Of a stretch of 64,000 nt of DNA, positions 28,801 through 39,844 are shown piece by piece (within the stretch, counting starts at the first letter, position 1; the number at the start of each line of letters is the position of its first letter). The stretch is from assembly GCF_033153115.1 (NCBI RefSeq), contig NW_026889751.1, positions 12,152,001 to 12,216,000 on the forward strand. The letters are read 5' to 3'. Below the pieces are notes generated by a model. The model saw only the letters and a program-made list of their open reading frames with translations, did not search any database and was not told the DNA's origin. A program made the position numbers and the translations under genes. This DNA is from Saccostrea echinata. Lineage: Eukaryota.

Positions 28801-31120
28801 GTTGTTAATGTTGTTAATGGTTATGGTCCTACTGCTGGTGCCGCCATTACTGGTCACCCTGAGGTGGACAAGATCGCATTCACTGGATCAACAGAGGTGG
28901 GAACATCTGATACATCTTAAGTAGCTCTCAGTGTTTTGCATGGGGCAAAGGATTTTAACATTGTGATATAGACCTACATTTTTTCTGGCATTAATATTAC
29001 AAACAAGCAGTACGTATACTTCCAGTATAAAGCATGTACTGAACCTCTTGTTACATCTAAAGAAATAAAAATTGGGTATACAAATAATACCCCTTCTCTC
29101 TCTCCCTCTCTCTCCACTGATACAATCTAACTCACCCGTTTACAGTCAAACCTCGTTATCTCGAACTCGATGGGACGAGGAAAAACTGTGATATATCCCA
29201 GGATTCGAGATATTAAGGTTAAAATACATAAAGAAAATGTGGCTGGGACTTCCAACCCACATATCTATGGTAATCGAGATATCGATGGCCAATTAAGATA
29301 CCGAAGTTCAGTTCTTGTTTTTTCATCTTTTAGGTTGGGCAGATTATACTACAGGCGGCTGGCGCCACGAATATTAAACGCACGACTTTAGAGCTTGGAG
29401 GGAAAAGTCCAAACGTTATCATGGACGATGCTGATCGTTCGTACAAATTCTTATTACTTATAAAGTAACGATAATGACTCCGTGAAAATTAAGCACAAAC
29501 ACTTATAATGCACTGGTGTTTGTCTTTTGTAATCAATAACTAGTAAAATTTCTTTTCTAAAACCATTTAAAAAAGTTATATCGTATATATTAGTATATAT
29601 AAAGATATTATTTACACGAAATAGAAGAGCTTATTCTTGGCAGATGTAGATATCTAAGTAACCGGTTATCATTTAATTTTTTTCCTTTCCTAGTTGAGTC
29701 GGCCGTAGCATGGTCCCATGAAGCCGTGATGACCAATATGGGACAGTGTTGTGTTGCTGGAAGCAGAACTTTCGTCCATGAGAAGATTTACGATCAGTTT
29801 GTGGCAAAAAGCAAAGAAATGGCAGAAAAGAGGACATACGGAGATCCTTTTGAGTTTTCTACAAAAAATGGACCACAGGTACGCTGTGAATCCTGTCTCT
29901 GATTATAACTTAAAGTCACGTGATATAAAACAAATACATATATAGCATATTTTATATGCATATCACTCCTGTAGGTTGATAAAGACCAGTACGAAAAGAT
30001 TTTAGAGTTGATTGAGTCGGGTAAAAAGGAGGGAGCTAAAGTAGAATGCGGAGGAGAGGCTGCAGAGGGTAAAGGATTTTTCATCAAACCGACAGTCTTC
30101 TCAGGGGTTACCGACAACATGAGGATTGCCAGGGAAGAGGTATACTCATATTTTTTTTCTATTATAATATTACATTTGTATTGGAATGTTTTTTTTTTAA
30201 ATAGTCTTGCTCCTTTATTTTTGTTACGGACAAATTTTGCTAATGATATTCAAAAGGACGTTCTTTTAGTAGTGAACACTTCATAGATTATCAATATGAA
30301 TCTACAGATTTTTGGACCAGTTCAGCAAATCTTTAAGTTCAGTACACTAGATGAGGTGATTGAGCGAGCCAATGACACACAATATGGTCTGGGGGCCGCC
30401 ATATTTACCAGAAGTATTGATACCGCCATGATGTTTGTACAGGGGGTCAGAGCAGGGACTGTTTGGTATGGACTGTAAATTATACAGATACATATTCCAT
30501 GTTTATTGTCCAATCAAGTGTAGTTTTTCTAGAGGTGTATATTAACTTGTATATTAACTTGATAAAACATAATTTATTGTTACCAGTTTTATTTCATTTT
30601 TTATACATTTTTATTTATTTTTATGCTTACAGGGTAAACTGCTACAATGCACCAAATTACCACGCTCCATTTGGAGGATTCAAAATGTCTGGTATTGGAA
30701 GGGAAATGTGAGTTTGTCTCCAGAGTTTTTTATTCCTTAATAAAAACTTAATCCCTTTAATTTCCAAAGGAGACATTACGAATTATTAATAGACAAGTAT
30801 ACAGAGTACACGAATTGAAGGAGTCAGAGTGATGTTGAATCTCAATGCTATCTTCTTTATTTGCAGGGGTGAATACAACCTCAGTCAGTACCAGGAAGTC
30901 AAAACGGTAACAATGTCTCGTTTTCTTTTTTAATTAATTATTTCTATTTTTAAATAGTAATTTCATTTTTTATATATATATATATAGGGTCAAATTTCAT
31001 GATTTTGTTGGTTATGTGTGAGAATTTAAAATAATATTATTCTGTAGTACCCCTTATTTGCTAAAATCGGACTCCTTTTTCTTTCAGGTCATGATAAAGA
31101 TTCCCCAGAAGAATTCTTAA
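22813..31120 (+). CDS. ALDH1A: Cytosolic aldehyde dehydrogenase, ALDH1A-like, 14 exons, 495 aa
   Basis: Exons 22813-22863, 24919-25023, 25940-26080, 26176-26302, 27963-28024, 28253-28381, 28783-28896, 29334-29436, 29694-29878, 29975-30139, 30308-30465, 30633-30707, 30867-30906, 31088-31120 (1488 nt). Motifs [28 protein letters not shown] (catalytic Glu), GQCCVAG (catalytic Cys), [21 protein letters not shown]. No mitochondrial presequence. Confidence 0.95.
23317..23455 (+). mobile_element. Probable end of a hAT-like DNA transposon
   Basis: Starts CAGGGTTCTCC; four direct copies of GACACAGT and one inverted copy (ACTGTGTC) as subterminal repeats. The opposite end was not identified. Confidence 0.4.
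25055..25515 (-). mobile_element. Decayed Penelope-like retroelement 3' fragment (RT thumb plus 3' UTR) in ALDH intron 2
   Basis: Reverse complement aligns to 39990-40420 (GGCCTAACAA, GAGGTGGGATCAAGTGCCATGGAGGAGTAAGCATCCC, ATGCAGGTGATAA). Confidence 0.75.
28552..28755. mobile_element. Short TTAA-flanked MITE in an ALDH intron
   Basis: TTAA|GGAGGCTGGGGGGT ... ACCACCCAGCCCTC|TTAA, imperfect TIRs. Confidence 0.55.
29141..29312. mobile_element. Tc1/mariner-pogo type MITE remnant
   Basis: TA|CAGTCAAACCTCGTTATCTCGAA terminus with internal TCGAGATA repeats; the right TIR is degenerate (AGATACCGAAGTTCAGTT). Confidence 0.6.
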
Positions 31121-32385
31121 AAAAAGACAGTTTTCAACCCATAAACTCAAGTGATCAGAATCAATATATATTTATCCACATATAGGAGTAAATTTGTTTC
31201 TGTATAATTATGAAATCTGACTAATTAATTACAAGAACATCTTTTTTTCTGATTATTTTACAATAATGATACCATGATGTTATGATATGTATAAATCATT
31301 TGCTTTTTACACATTTTTTTTATTGTATAATTTACAAGTACATGCAACCTGCACTTTACAAAAAAAAATCGTGCCGTTTATATGGAGCATGATGTTGCAT
31401 ATTTAAATCAATAAAAGCGAAACATTCTTTTTTTCAGGGTTAGAAAATTATTTTGCCCTCATTTGAAGGGTCATTATGCTGAATTCTCTAAACAAAATAT
31501 TTTAAACATTTTACTGAACATATTCAAGGTACACTGCAACATTAAAGATAAGATTCTTGTTATTTTTTAAAGAGAGAAAAAATTGCCACACAGTGAAATA
31601 ATTTAAAAATGAATACACTCCTAATGTTTAAATTTATGTGTTTTAAATAATCCGTCTTTAACCAAAATCAAACCTTTTTTGCTCGCGTGATTGAACTTGA
31701 AGGGGGCTGGGGAGAGGGCCCCAACTTTTATTTATGATCTTTTGAAAAATAGCTGATTATATAATTAAAAGGAAAAAATCTTATGAGTTTCATAAAAATA
31801 TTGGTATCATAAAGATCTACTAGTATTTGTCTTAGAAAATAAACAGAAAGTGTAATCTGTATACAAGTCATACATTTATATTAGAAATAGTTACTGGTGT
31901 TTAAACACTTGGTTCTTGGTTTCTTTGTTCAAGAAACATGCATCAAGGAACAAGGTTTGTTGATCATAGGCCTCTTAGTATCCAAGCTCAAAATAACTGA
32001 CAATGAATAATGATAAAATGAAAAAAGTAAGTCATTGTGACCTATTTTTGAATTGACACATCCCAGGGCCCAATCAATTATTCATATTTGGTGACCCTAC
32101 ATGACATGCTTTGAAGCCCCATGACTCTTTAACTGACAAGATTTGATTATCTAAGATTTTACACTGTGCAAGATATTCAACTGAAAATGAATAGCTGCAA
32201 AGTTCAAAAACTAAGTCACAAGAGCTAAATATGAGAGCCCAATTTAAACAAGCAATATATTATCAAATTGACTTATATATTGACTTACATATTGACTTTT
32301 AGTGTTTTTTATTTATATCACAACAGCTAAACGAAAAATTTCAACGACATCAGAATTTAAATTTGTTTTAAGGGTTCAGAAAAAA

Positions 32386-32597
32386 TATTTTGAACTTAAA
32401 TCAAAGAAAACATCTTTATCCATCAAATGACAAAAATGAAGTTCATACACCTTTAGCTGGAAAGAGGACGAAAGTCCAACTTAGAAGTTGTATTTTGAAC
32501 TTAAATCAAAGAAAACATCTTTATCCATCAAATGACAAAAATGAAGTTCATACACCTTTAGCTGGAAAGAGGACGAAAGTCCAACTTAGAAGTTGTA
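32386..32597. repeat. Perfect 105-bp tandem duplication
   Basis: TATTTTGAACTTAAATCAAAG...CAACTTAGAAGTTG at 32386-32490 is repeated exactly from 32491. Confidence 0.95.
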
Positions 32598-32856
32598 TAA
32601 TAAAATTCTATTTTATCTTACTCAATTTACTACATTTTTGGCATTTTAAAATTATTTTAATCGCTTTTAAAAAGATGAAGACTCGTATACGAAAAAATAC
32701 TAAGTCATCCAAGATGGACAAAACAAAAGTACAAATCAAAGTTTAAGTTACTATGGTTACTTAAAGTAACTTCATGCATGGTTACTTTAAGTTACTTTAA
32801 GTTCAAAATGTGGTCTAAGAACTAATGACTTCACAAGTCGATCCTATTTTATCCCA

Positions 32857-33154
32857 TCATACTTGATTGATTTTAAATTTTTTGTATAAAAAAAGCGCAG
32901 TTATTATGAAACCAGTGTTCAACACGAAGAAACTCACTATCAGAATGGCAGAGTCTATTTCTTTGGAAATAAAGGGATCCCTTGCAGTTTGTTGTTGGGA
33001 CAACGACGTGCTTGCGTTTTTCGGAGACGAGGGAGATTGCTCCTGGATTTCTATCGAGGAAATATTTGACGTGAACTCTGTTCCTGTAGCGAAGCTTTGG
33101 GCCACGGAAAGGTGTATGCCTCCTAAAAGTAATCGAAAGAATATACATGTATAC
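32857..33154 (-). CDS. Probable exon of a small single-pass (type I) membrane glycoprotein
   Basis: Acceptor ttttgttag| at 33155, then frame YTCIFFRLLLGGIHLSVAQSFATGTEFTSNISSIEIQEQSPSSPKNASTSLSQQQTARDPFISKEIDSAILIVSFFVLNTGFIITALFLYKKFKINQ. This gives a signal-peptide-like segment, an S/T-rich stalk with sequons NIS and NAS, a 21-aa TM helix and a basic stop-transfer. It ends at a donor CAA|GTATGA or at the stop. Confidence 0.55.
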
Positions 33155-34329
33155 CTAACAAAATAAAGCGTTCTGGGGGAGATAACGTTAGATAAATTAT
33201 CCTAGAATTGCAAAAATTAAAAAAAAAAAAGTTAAAGAATGTTTACCATAAAAAATATAGATAATAAAATTTTAATATGAGATCAATTTTATTGTCTTTT
33301 ACTATTTTCCAGTCTAAAGTTGTAAATGATTACATGGCTTTTTGGACTGGAAATTAGTAAAAGACACTATTATTCGCATTACACATAAAAGTTAGTATAT
33401 GAAATACATACCCAAAAACATAAAATATATTATAATAGAAATGTTTTGTAGTAGGATTCGGATGTTTATCTCCATAGTATTAATCCTTATTAATTTCTAA
33501 TATCTAAGATGCTTCTTAACATGTTTCCTTCTTCATACAAAGAGAATTTATCGAGATAAGTCCGAAATAAAAGAAAATCTAATGTACTTTTAACGTACAG
33601 CAAAGTTCATTACATGGACCGTAGATTCATTGATGTGTGCATTTTTATGTCTGATTTTAAAAAAAAAACTTGAAAGAGATTGTTACAGTCTTATTATAGG
33701 TTTTTAAATGTAACAAGTTTATTATAAAATAATAAGTTTCACTTTCTCGCACTAAAAGTGCGACTATAGGCATATACATGTGCAAATTAATGTAACACAT
33801 AAAGGACTTCGACAAGTTCAACATGACTAAACCATGCAGCGGTCACAATTTCAAAGATTTCAGAGGATTGATTTCAAATCCAATTAAAAACCGTCTCTGG
33901 AAAAAATTAATCTAATTTATTTCACAAAGAAGTGTCGCTGTCTAAAGTTTGGTTTAGCGAGGCATATAGCAAATATCAAAGCTGTCGATTTTGGCATTTA
34001 TTTTTTAAAATCATTTTCTTTACCTTTCTTGCTGACAAAGACTTGAACATTTGCTTTCTTCGTTTTGTGTTGTAAAAGTTGCTACATTTGACAAAATAAT
34101 ATTACGGTAGAGTTCAGGAAGGGGAGACAAATATGAATTTATAGTCCCGAAATACTATGCTCTCACAGTGTCTGACGTCACATTATACATCTACAAATTA
34201 AGAAAGTGTAAAATATTGTTTTTCTCATTTTGAAGAGCATGCAAAAGGTTAAATATATTTAATTTCCTAATTAATAAATTTTACCTACTGCATGTTATGC
34301 GGGGTAAGAAAACTCAGGTCAACTTTAAA

Positions 34330-34542
34330 ATAATGTTTGTTTGCCCTCTCCCGACTCAGGATGGAAAAATTGGGTCGGTAGGTAGATAAGAATTTTTTTT
34401 CACAGAAAATTTCAATTTCAATGCTGATTAAAAAAAAAATCCCAGAATGCATAAAAAATTATTGCTTCCTAGAGGTTAAAAAAAGTTTGAGTCGGTCCAT
34501 TTTTAGCCAGTCGGTCGGGAGAGGGCAACCAAACAATTTCTT
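34330..34542. mobile_element. MITE with ~22-bp inverted ends
   Basis: TGTTTGTTTGCCCTCTCCCGAC ... GTCGGGAGAGGGCAACCAAACA, with internal GTCGG repeats. Confidence 0.7.
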
Positions 34543-35483
34543 AAGGTAGAACCTATGTCGGAAAAGTCTTTGTCACAGGATTTTCAAACTTTTCAAAATG
34601 AGTAATTAGCACTTGCTTATTTATCAGTTAAAAATACATGGCGTGTTTCCTAGTTATTAAATGTAGTGCAGCCGGCGCAATTTAGAATGATTATTATACA
34701 TTGCAATTATAATTTTTAGCCATTTTAGGGGTACATGGTTATAAGGAGAATATAGAAAATCACAAAAATACTTCTTCAAACACCTTTGTTTATAGACTTC
34801 ATTAACCGAAGAATAGTTAGAAATATTATTAAAAATTAAATTCGTTTTTCTTCAATTGACATAAAAGATTAAATCCACATTTGAATAAATGTGCGCAAAT
34901 GCGCAATATTTTTAAGAGGATTTTTTAGTCCATCTACAACCCTAAATTTGTAAATATTTACCAAAAGTCTCTGTGACAGTGTTTTCAATCCTAAATATGA
35001 CGAAGAACATACCCATATGATTACGAAAAATGATTAAAATATATACCTTTCCCCGCAAACTAATGAGAGAGATGTTTTTTTTTATCAATACTAGTCATGT
35101 TGACCTTTTTGCACTTACACAGGATTTCATGATTAAATGAATGTTTTGGTGTTACTTTCAGATTTACAAAATGAATATTTATCAAAAAATGAAATTTCTA
35201 TTTTAAAAAATTAATATTTAGCGAATTGTTTATATCATATACAAACCACTACAATTCCAAATGAATAATTAAGAAATAATTATAAAAATGATTACAAACA
35301 TTTAACACAATCTTTAATAGATTTGAGACTCAGACGATATATTGTACTATTTCATAGTCGACTGAAGATTTCTTAGCAACTTTGCATTCCTTCAAAATAG
35401 GCCTAGTTGCATGTCATTCATTTATCACAGTTGTGTATTTTCATTAGCTGAGACAGTCATGTGCATTCGTTCACTTATAACTA

Positions 35484-35742
35484 TGACGCCATACGACTGT
35501 GACGTCACAAGCTGTGACAGAATGCATTTAAGATTTAGATTACGTCATCGTTTTGTTTATTGTGACGACATAATTAAGATGTGAAACTTCGTGGAAACAA
35601 TGTAGATTTATTCAGCGACTTTCTATGCAACAATGAAATTAATAATCAATCATTGTGAGTAGATTTGCCAAAGAAATTAGGCTCCAACCCAATTGAAGAC
35701 TTGATCTTTGATTCTATACTCAAAGAAATTTAAAAAACTCAG
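35484..35742 (+). promoter_or_regulatory. Probable promoter and non-coding first exon of the 800-aa gene, with a CRE cluster
   Basis: Palindromic TGACGTCA at 35500-35507, plus TGACG/TTACGTCA variants at ~35484, 35540, 35563. Strong donor CAG|GTAAGT after 35742 and acceptor ttttcag| at 36429, 34 nt before the ATG. Confidence 0.5.
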
Positions 35743-36463
35743 GTAAGTACTATAGCTACTTTAAATCATTTTAAATGTTCATTGACCCATTTATAAGAGA
35801 GATAACTCTAACTGGGATAAATGACTACTGAGTATTATTGCTTTATAAAAGGTCAGGTAAAAAGGTTATTTTACCTGATTGTAGGTTTAAAAAAAATATT
35901 TTCACAATTTTTGCCTCGAAAGGTGTGCTGAAATCGTTTGCATTTTATTGTAAATTAGATTTCCTTAGGAAATAAATAAGTTTTAAAGCAAAATTTTATA
36001 TGAGTGATTAGAGGGATGATGAACCTTACGTAACATAAATGCGTTTAATTTTTTTTTTTTTTTGGTTATGCATTGTGTTTTATGTAGAATTCAAGATATA
36101 TACAAAGTAAGATCGAGTAACGAGTACTAGTATAACGTACTACATGGTAGCTAAATCTTTTTAAAAAATTAGTGATTTGATATGATTTCTCAGTGTATGC
36201 CATCGCCGAGTCAAAACATATTAATAGAATTTACCTGTGGACTTTAAATTTCAGTCTCTTCGTGTTATTTCATAGGATTTTGGAGAAATTTGCTCGATTG
36301 TAAAAAATACATATTGGGTAAAAAAAAATTGTGATGGATTCCATGAAAAACGTGGTATTAAACAGAATTTTGAGATATTTCTTTTGTTAGATTAATGTAA
36401 AATTATAATTTTTTTTACAATGTTTTCAGTGTTTTTGTCTATCAAGCTGTGTATTATTAAAGA

Positions 36464-38866
36464 ATGGATTCACCAATGGGGGAGAAAAGTATTCCAAACT
36501 TGAGTGAATTTATATTTTCCTCCCTAAAATCAGTGAGTGATAAACCAAAGCAAATATCAAAATCCAAACCTTTCAATGATAGCAATTTACACGATAAAAC
36601 CACAGCAGAAACCCCAAATCTTAGCGGTGTTCCATTAAGTTGCGAACCAGGGCCAGTCAGGGATGAAAATTGTTCATCTTTAAGAATGCTTTCAGACAAG
36701 CCAACGACTGAAATCATCCACTCTCACTGTAAGACCAGATATACTAATAACGATTCGAGATGGGAAATTCTTTTAAATCTTGGCTCGATGAAATATACAA
36801 CCGGAAATGGGAATTCTCTGAAGTCGAGTTCAGGCTGCTGTTCAGCAGTAGACAAGATCGGAAGACCTGATACACCTCTGCAACCCAGACTGTTGAATGT
36901 TGTGTCTGTTAATTCAAAGAAAAGTAGATCTTTTCTGGACAAGAAGGCAGAAAGCAATCTAAGTGAAGGGATTAACGAAAGAGAATGTAATGATTGCCAC
37001 ACGATCCCTCAAAAAAACTATTTCACCTCGAGAAGTATCAAAAGTCAACCGGAAAGCTCCCACGAAATTCTGACGGATGAGATACCATTACATGATTGTT
37101 TGTCCGGGGCAGAAAATTTCGGCTTGAAATCCTCAAGTTCCGTGAGTCAAGATACTTTAAGCAGTCAACACAGCACGAGAGAAGAATACGGATGGCAGGG
37201 AGATTGTGCTCATTCTAGAAGCAAAGATCCTATATGTGCAATATCCACAGCAGCAACACTATCCTCCACGATTTACAGTAATACACGAGAATGTCTCTCC
37301 ACTTCTTCAAATGATCACCGGTGTGTTAAAGCTTGTGATGGTCAGTTCAGCAAGAGTGAGGATTCACACGAAACCAGTTTTTGCAATAAGACACAACATG
37401 AACATAATGCCACAGGAGGCCCCGCAATAAGTAAAGTTTTGGAAAGTTCTTTCAACTCTGGTGTGTCGGACTATAAAGTTGATTATGAGAGAGATGAGGA
37501 TGGAACTCCAGTAAACTGTAACAATATTCCCCAACATGAGAACCAAAATCAACACCAGTCTTATAATTACGCAGTCAAGAAAAACGTCACCAAAATATCA
37601 TCTACTGAAGCGAAACCAGTAGTGACACGTCTTGAAAACATAGAAAAGAACACAACTCACTCGAAAATTTGCGAAGAACTACAAATACCCATGGTCAAAG
37701 AAATAAAGAGCGGCGAACAGACTGAGGCTGATCTTAAACAGGAAAATATTTTTTCATACCGTCCACGGACAAAATATCCCAAATCAAAGGAACGGAAGAA
37801 ACTAAAGAGGAAGGCCGAGTCTCACAACTCATTGGAGCTGCGCAAAGCGTACGATGCAAAACAGAGAGCTGAAACCAAGAAACTTGATGGTCTGAAATTA
37901 AAGAAACCAGAAAATAAAATGGATATCAAACATAGAAAATTCATCTTAAAAGAGCTTCGTGATTATAAAAAGGGCATACCAACAGAGAATGATAAAATTA
38001 ATTGCTCTGGAGAAGTAACCAATTGCAGGAAGAAAAACCTATTTGTTGTCGATTACACGAAAGAGAACCTTGCGATCTATAGCAGCCCTGGAAAGACCCT
38101 GTTTGTTAAACTGGAATCTGAAACAAATCACTATCGGAACAATTCCAAGAATTATGATTTGGAGAAGATTGATCAGACAAGAATTATATTACATCAGGGA
38201 GAAAATACCAGCCACGTTTATGAGGATGATTTTGAAAGTGACGAAGATGATTCACCTTCCAAGCCCGGTGCTGAGCTGTTCGATTTAAGAAACAGCATCA
38301 GTCTTTTAGATTCTAAGACTGCAAATCGGGAAGCAGGTCGGTTGATTGGTAACAAAAACGGATATGTTGAAATGGCTCGTCGGTTAAAAGCTTCATTGGG
38401 AATCGGAAAAGAACTTTCCGCTCAGACTATGGTTTTCAACGATGACCAGACAAGTTGCGAACAGTTACAATGTGCAACAGAAGCAAAAACGTACGCTTAT
38501 TCCACAAATCCAGGCCAGTCTGCATCTTATGCAGGATACATGAATCTTCCACCAATAGAAATGAACAATTTCGTAGTCCAAAGACTCCCTAAACATTCAT
38601 ACTCACAAAACAAAACAGGTGGATTGGCGAAAGATGTCCTGCTGTCAGGGGATAAAGCAATGGAAATTTCTCGCAGAAATTTGAATCAGCGTTATTGGTT
38701 TGCTCAAAGCGAAATAAAGGGGATTCAGAAATCACCAAGATCTTTGTCCTGGGTAAAGAAGCCAACTCCCAAATACGACATCGACATCTTGGAGACCCGC
38801 GCCAGAGCCCCGTCCTTTGACACCCATATGGATTGCGAATTCCCGGGTAGATTTCAAAGTCAATAG
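36464..38866 (+). CDS. Uncharacterised 800-aa protein, single coding exon, S/K/E-rich and probably largely disordered
   Basis: 2.4-kb uninterrupted, non-repetitive ORF preceded by a splice acceptor. Basic NLS-like stretch KSKERKKLKRK and acidic YEDDFESDEDD. No domain I recognise and no transposase or RT motifs. Confidence 0.8.
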   Translation: MDSPMGEKSIPNLSEFIFSSLKSVSDKPKQISKSKPFNDSNLHDKTTAETPNLSGVPLSCEPGPVRDENCSSLRMLSDKPTTEIIHSHCKTRYTNNDSRWEILLNLGSMKYTTGNGNSLKSSSGCCSAVDKIGRPDTPLQPRLLNVVSVNSKKSRSFLDKKAESNLSEGINERECNDCHTIPQKNYFTSRSIKSQPESSHEILTDEIPLHDCLSGAENFGLKSSSSVSQDTLSSQHSTREEYGWQGDCAHSRSKDPICAISTAATLSSTIYSNTRECLSTSSNDHRCVKACDGQFSKSEDSHETSFCNKTQHEHNATGGPAISKVLESSFNSGVSDYKVDYERDEDGTPVNCNNIPQHENQNQHQSYNYAVKKNVTKISSTEAKPVVTRLENIEKNTTHSKICEELQIPMVKEIKSGEQTEADLKQENIFSYRPRTKYPKSKERKKLKRKAESHNSLELRKAYDAKQRAETKKLDGLKLKKPENKMDIKHRKFILKELRDYKKGIPTENDKINCSGEVTNCRKKNLFVVDYTKENLAIYSSPGKTLFVKLESETNHYRNNSKNYDLEKIDQTRIILHQGENTSHVYEDDFESDEDDSPSKPGAELFDLRNSISLLDSKTANREAGRLIGNKNGYVEMARRLKASLGIGKELSAQTMVFNDDQTSCEQLQCATEAKTYAYSTNPGQSASYAGYMNLPPIEMNNFVVQRLPKHSYSQNKTGGLAKDVLLSGDKAMEISRRNLNQRYWFAQSEIKGIQKSPRSLSWVKKPTPKYDIDILETRARAPSFDTHMDCEFPGRFQSQ

Positions 38867-39429
38867 TTATTGACTGTGGGTAGATCTTAACTTAAAGTCA
38901 GTAGTTATTATTGACTTTGTGGGTAGATTTCAAAGTCAGTAGTTATTATTTTGAGGAATTCTTAAAAGTTGATGATTGGATTCACACTGTAAAAAAAAAA
39001 AACAATTACCGCGGGTGGGGATTTAAAAATTAAAGAAAAAGTATTTCTGATTTGTCATAAAACACTTTTTTTTCATACACTGTAAGAAGTGATGTCATCA
39101 ATTACAATTTCGACCCACAATTAAAATGTAAAAATCATGGAGTTTCATTAACTTTATCAAATTATTTCCTTCCTTACCTTACTAACATTAGTGATTTCTG
39201 ATGCACAATTAAAATGTAATATCTACGCATGTACTGTTATATAACACGTCTTATTTGTTCAAGATAAAGGCATAGTTGTCGATTCTATTATAATCATATA
39301 GAAAATCTAGAACAAGGTTAGCTATTCGTAGGAAAGAGCAAAGGTAATGCTACAACTTGTATAAAATAACATTGATGTCAGAAGAACATAAACGTCCCGG
39401 ACAGCAATGAAGTTGATATTTCAGCAGTT

Positions 39430-39771
39430 ATTTTATTGGAAATCGTGTGTTGTTTTACAACCCGTTCGAGAATTTTTTACTCATATAGAGACGTCACCAT
39501 ATACCGGTGAAAGGCTTCAAATTTTGACCTATACTATTGAGCAGAGAGGGTTCTTTATCGTGCCAACGCCTACCGTGACACGGGGCTTCGGTTTTAAGGT
39601 CTCATCCTAAAGACTCACTCCAAAGTGCCGAGCGTTTGGCGAAGGAACAGTTGTTACATGTACCTATATATTTTTTTTTATCGACTTAGGTCAGTCGCGG
39701 CCGTGATTCGAACACACATGACCTTCCGATCACTGGGCGAGCGCTCTACCGACTGAGCTACTGTGACGGTT
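39430..39771 (-). mobile_element. tRNA-derived SINE with a conserved central (Deu/Meta-like) domain, near full length
   Basis: Minus strand: A box TAGCTCAGTCGGTAGAGCG, B box GTTCGAATC, core GGATGAGACCTTAAAACCGAAGCCCCGTGTCACGG...GGCACGATAAAGAACCC, tail ending GTAAAACAAC. Confidence 0.85.
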
Positions 39772-39844
39772 TATTTTATTAGATAAGAAATGTTAACTTC
39801 ATGTATTAAGTATCAATAAAAAACTTCATTATATTCATTCATAT

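Noticed and set aside
32867-33166. 99-aa + strand ORF and 91-aa alternative - strand ORF
   Set aside because: Shadow frames of the better-supported minus-strand exon that has signal, stalk and TM organisation.
39690-39770. tRNA-like sequence with A and B boxes on the minus strand
   Set aside because: No complete acceptor stem, and it runs directly into a SINE core and tail, so it is a SINE head.
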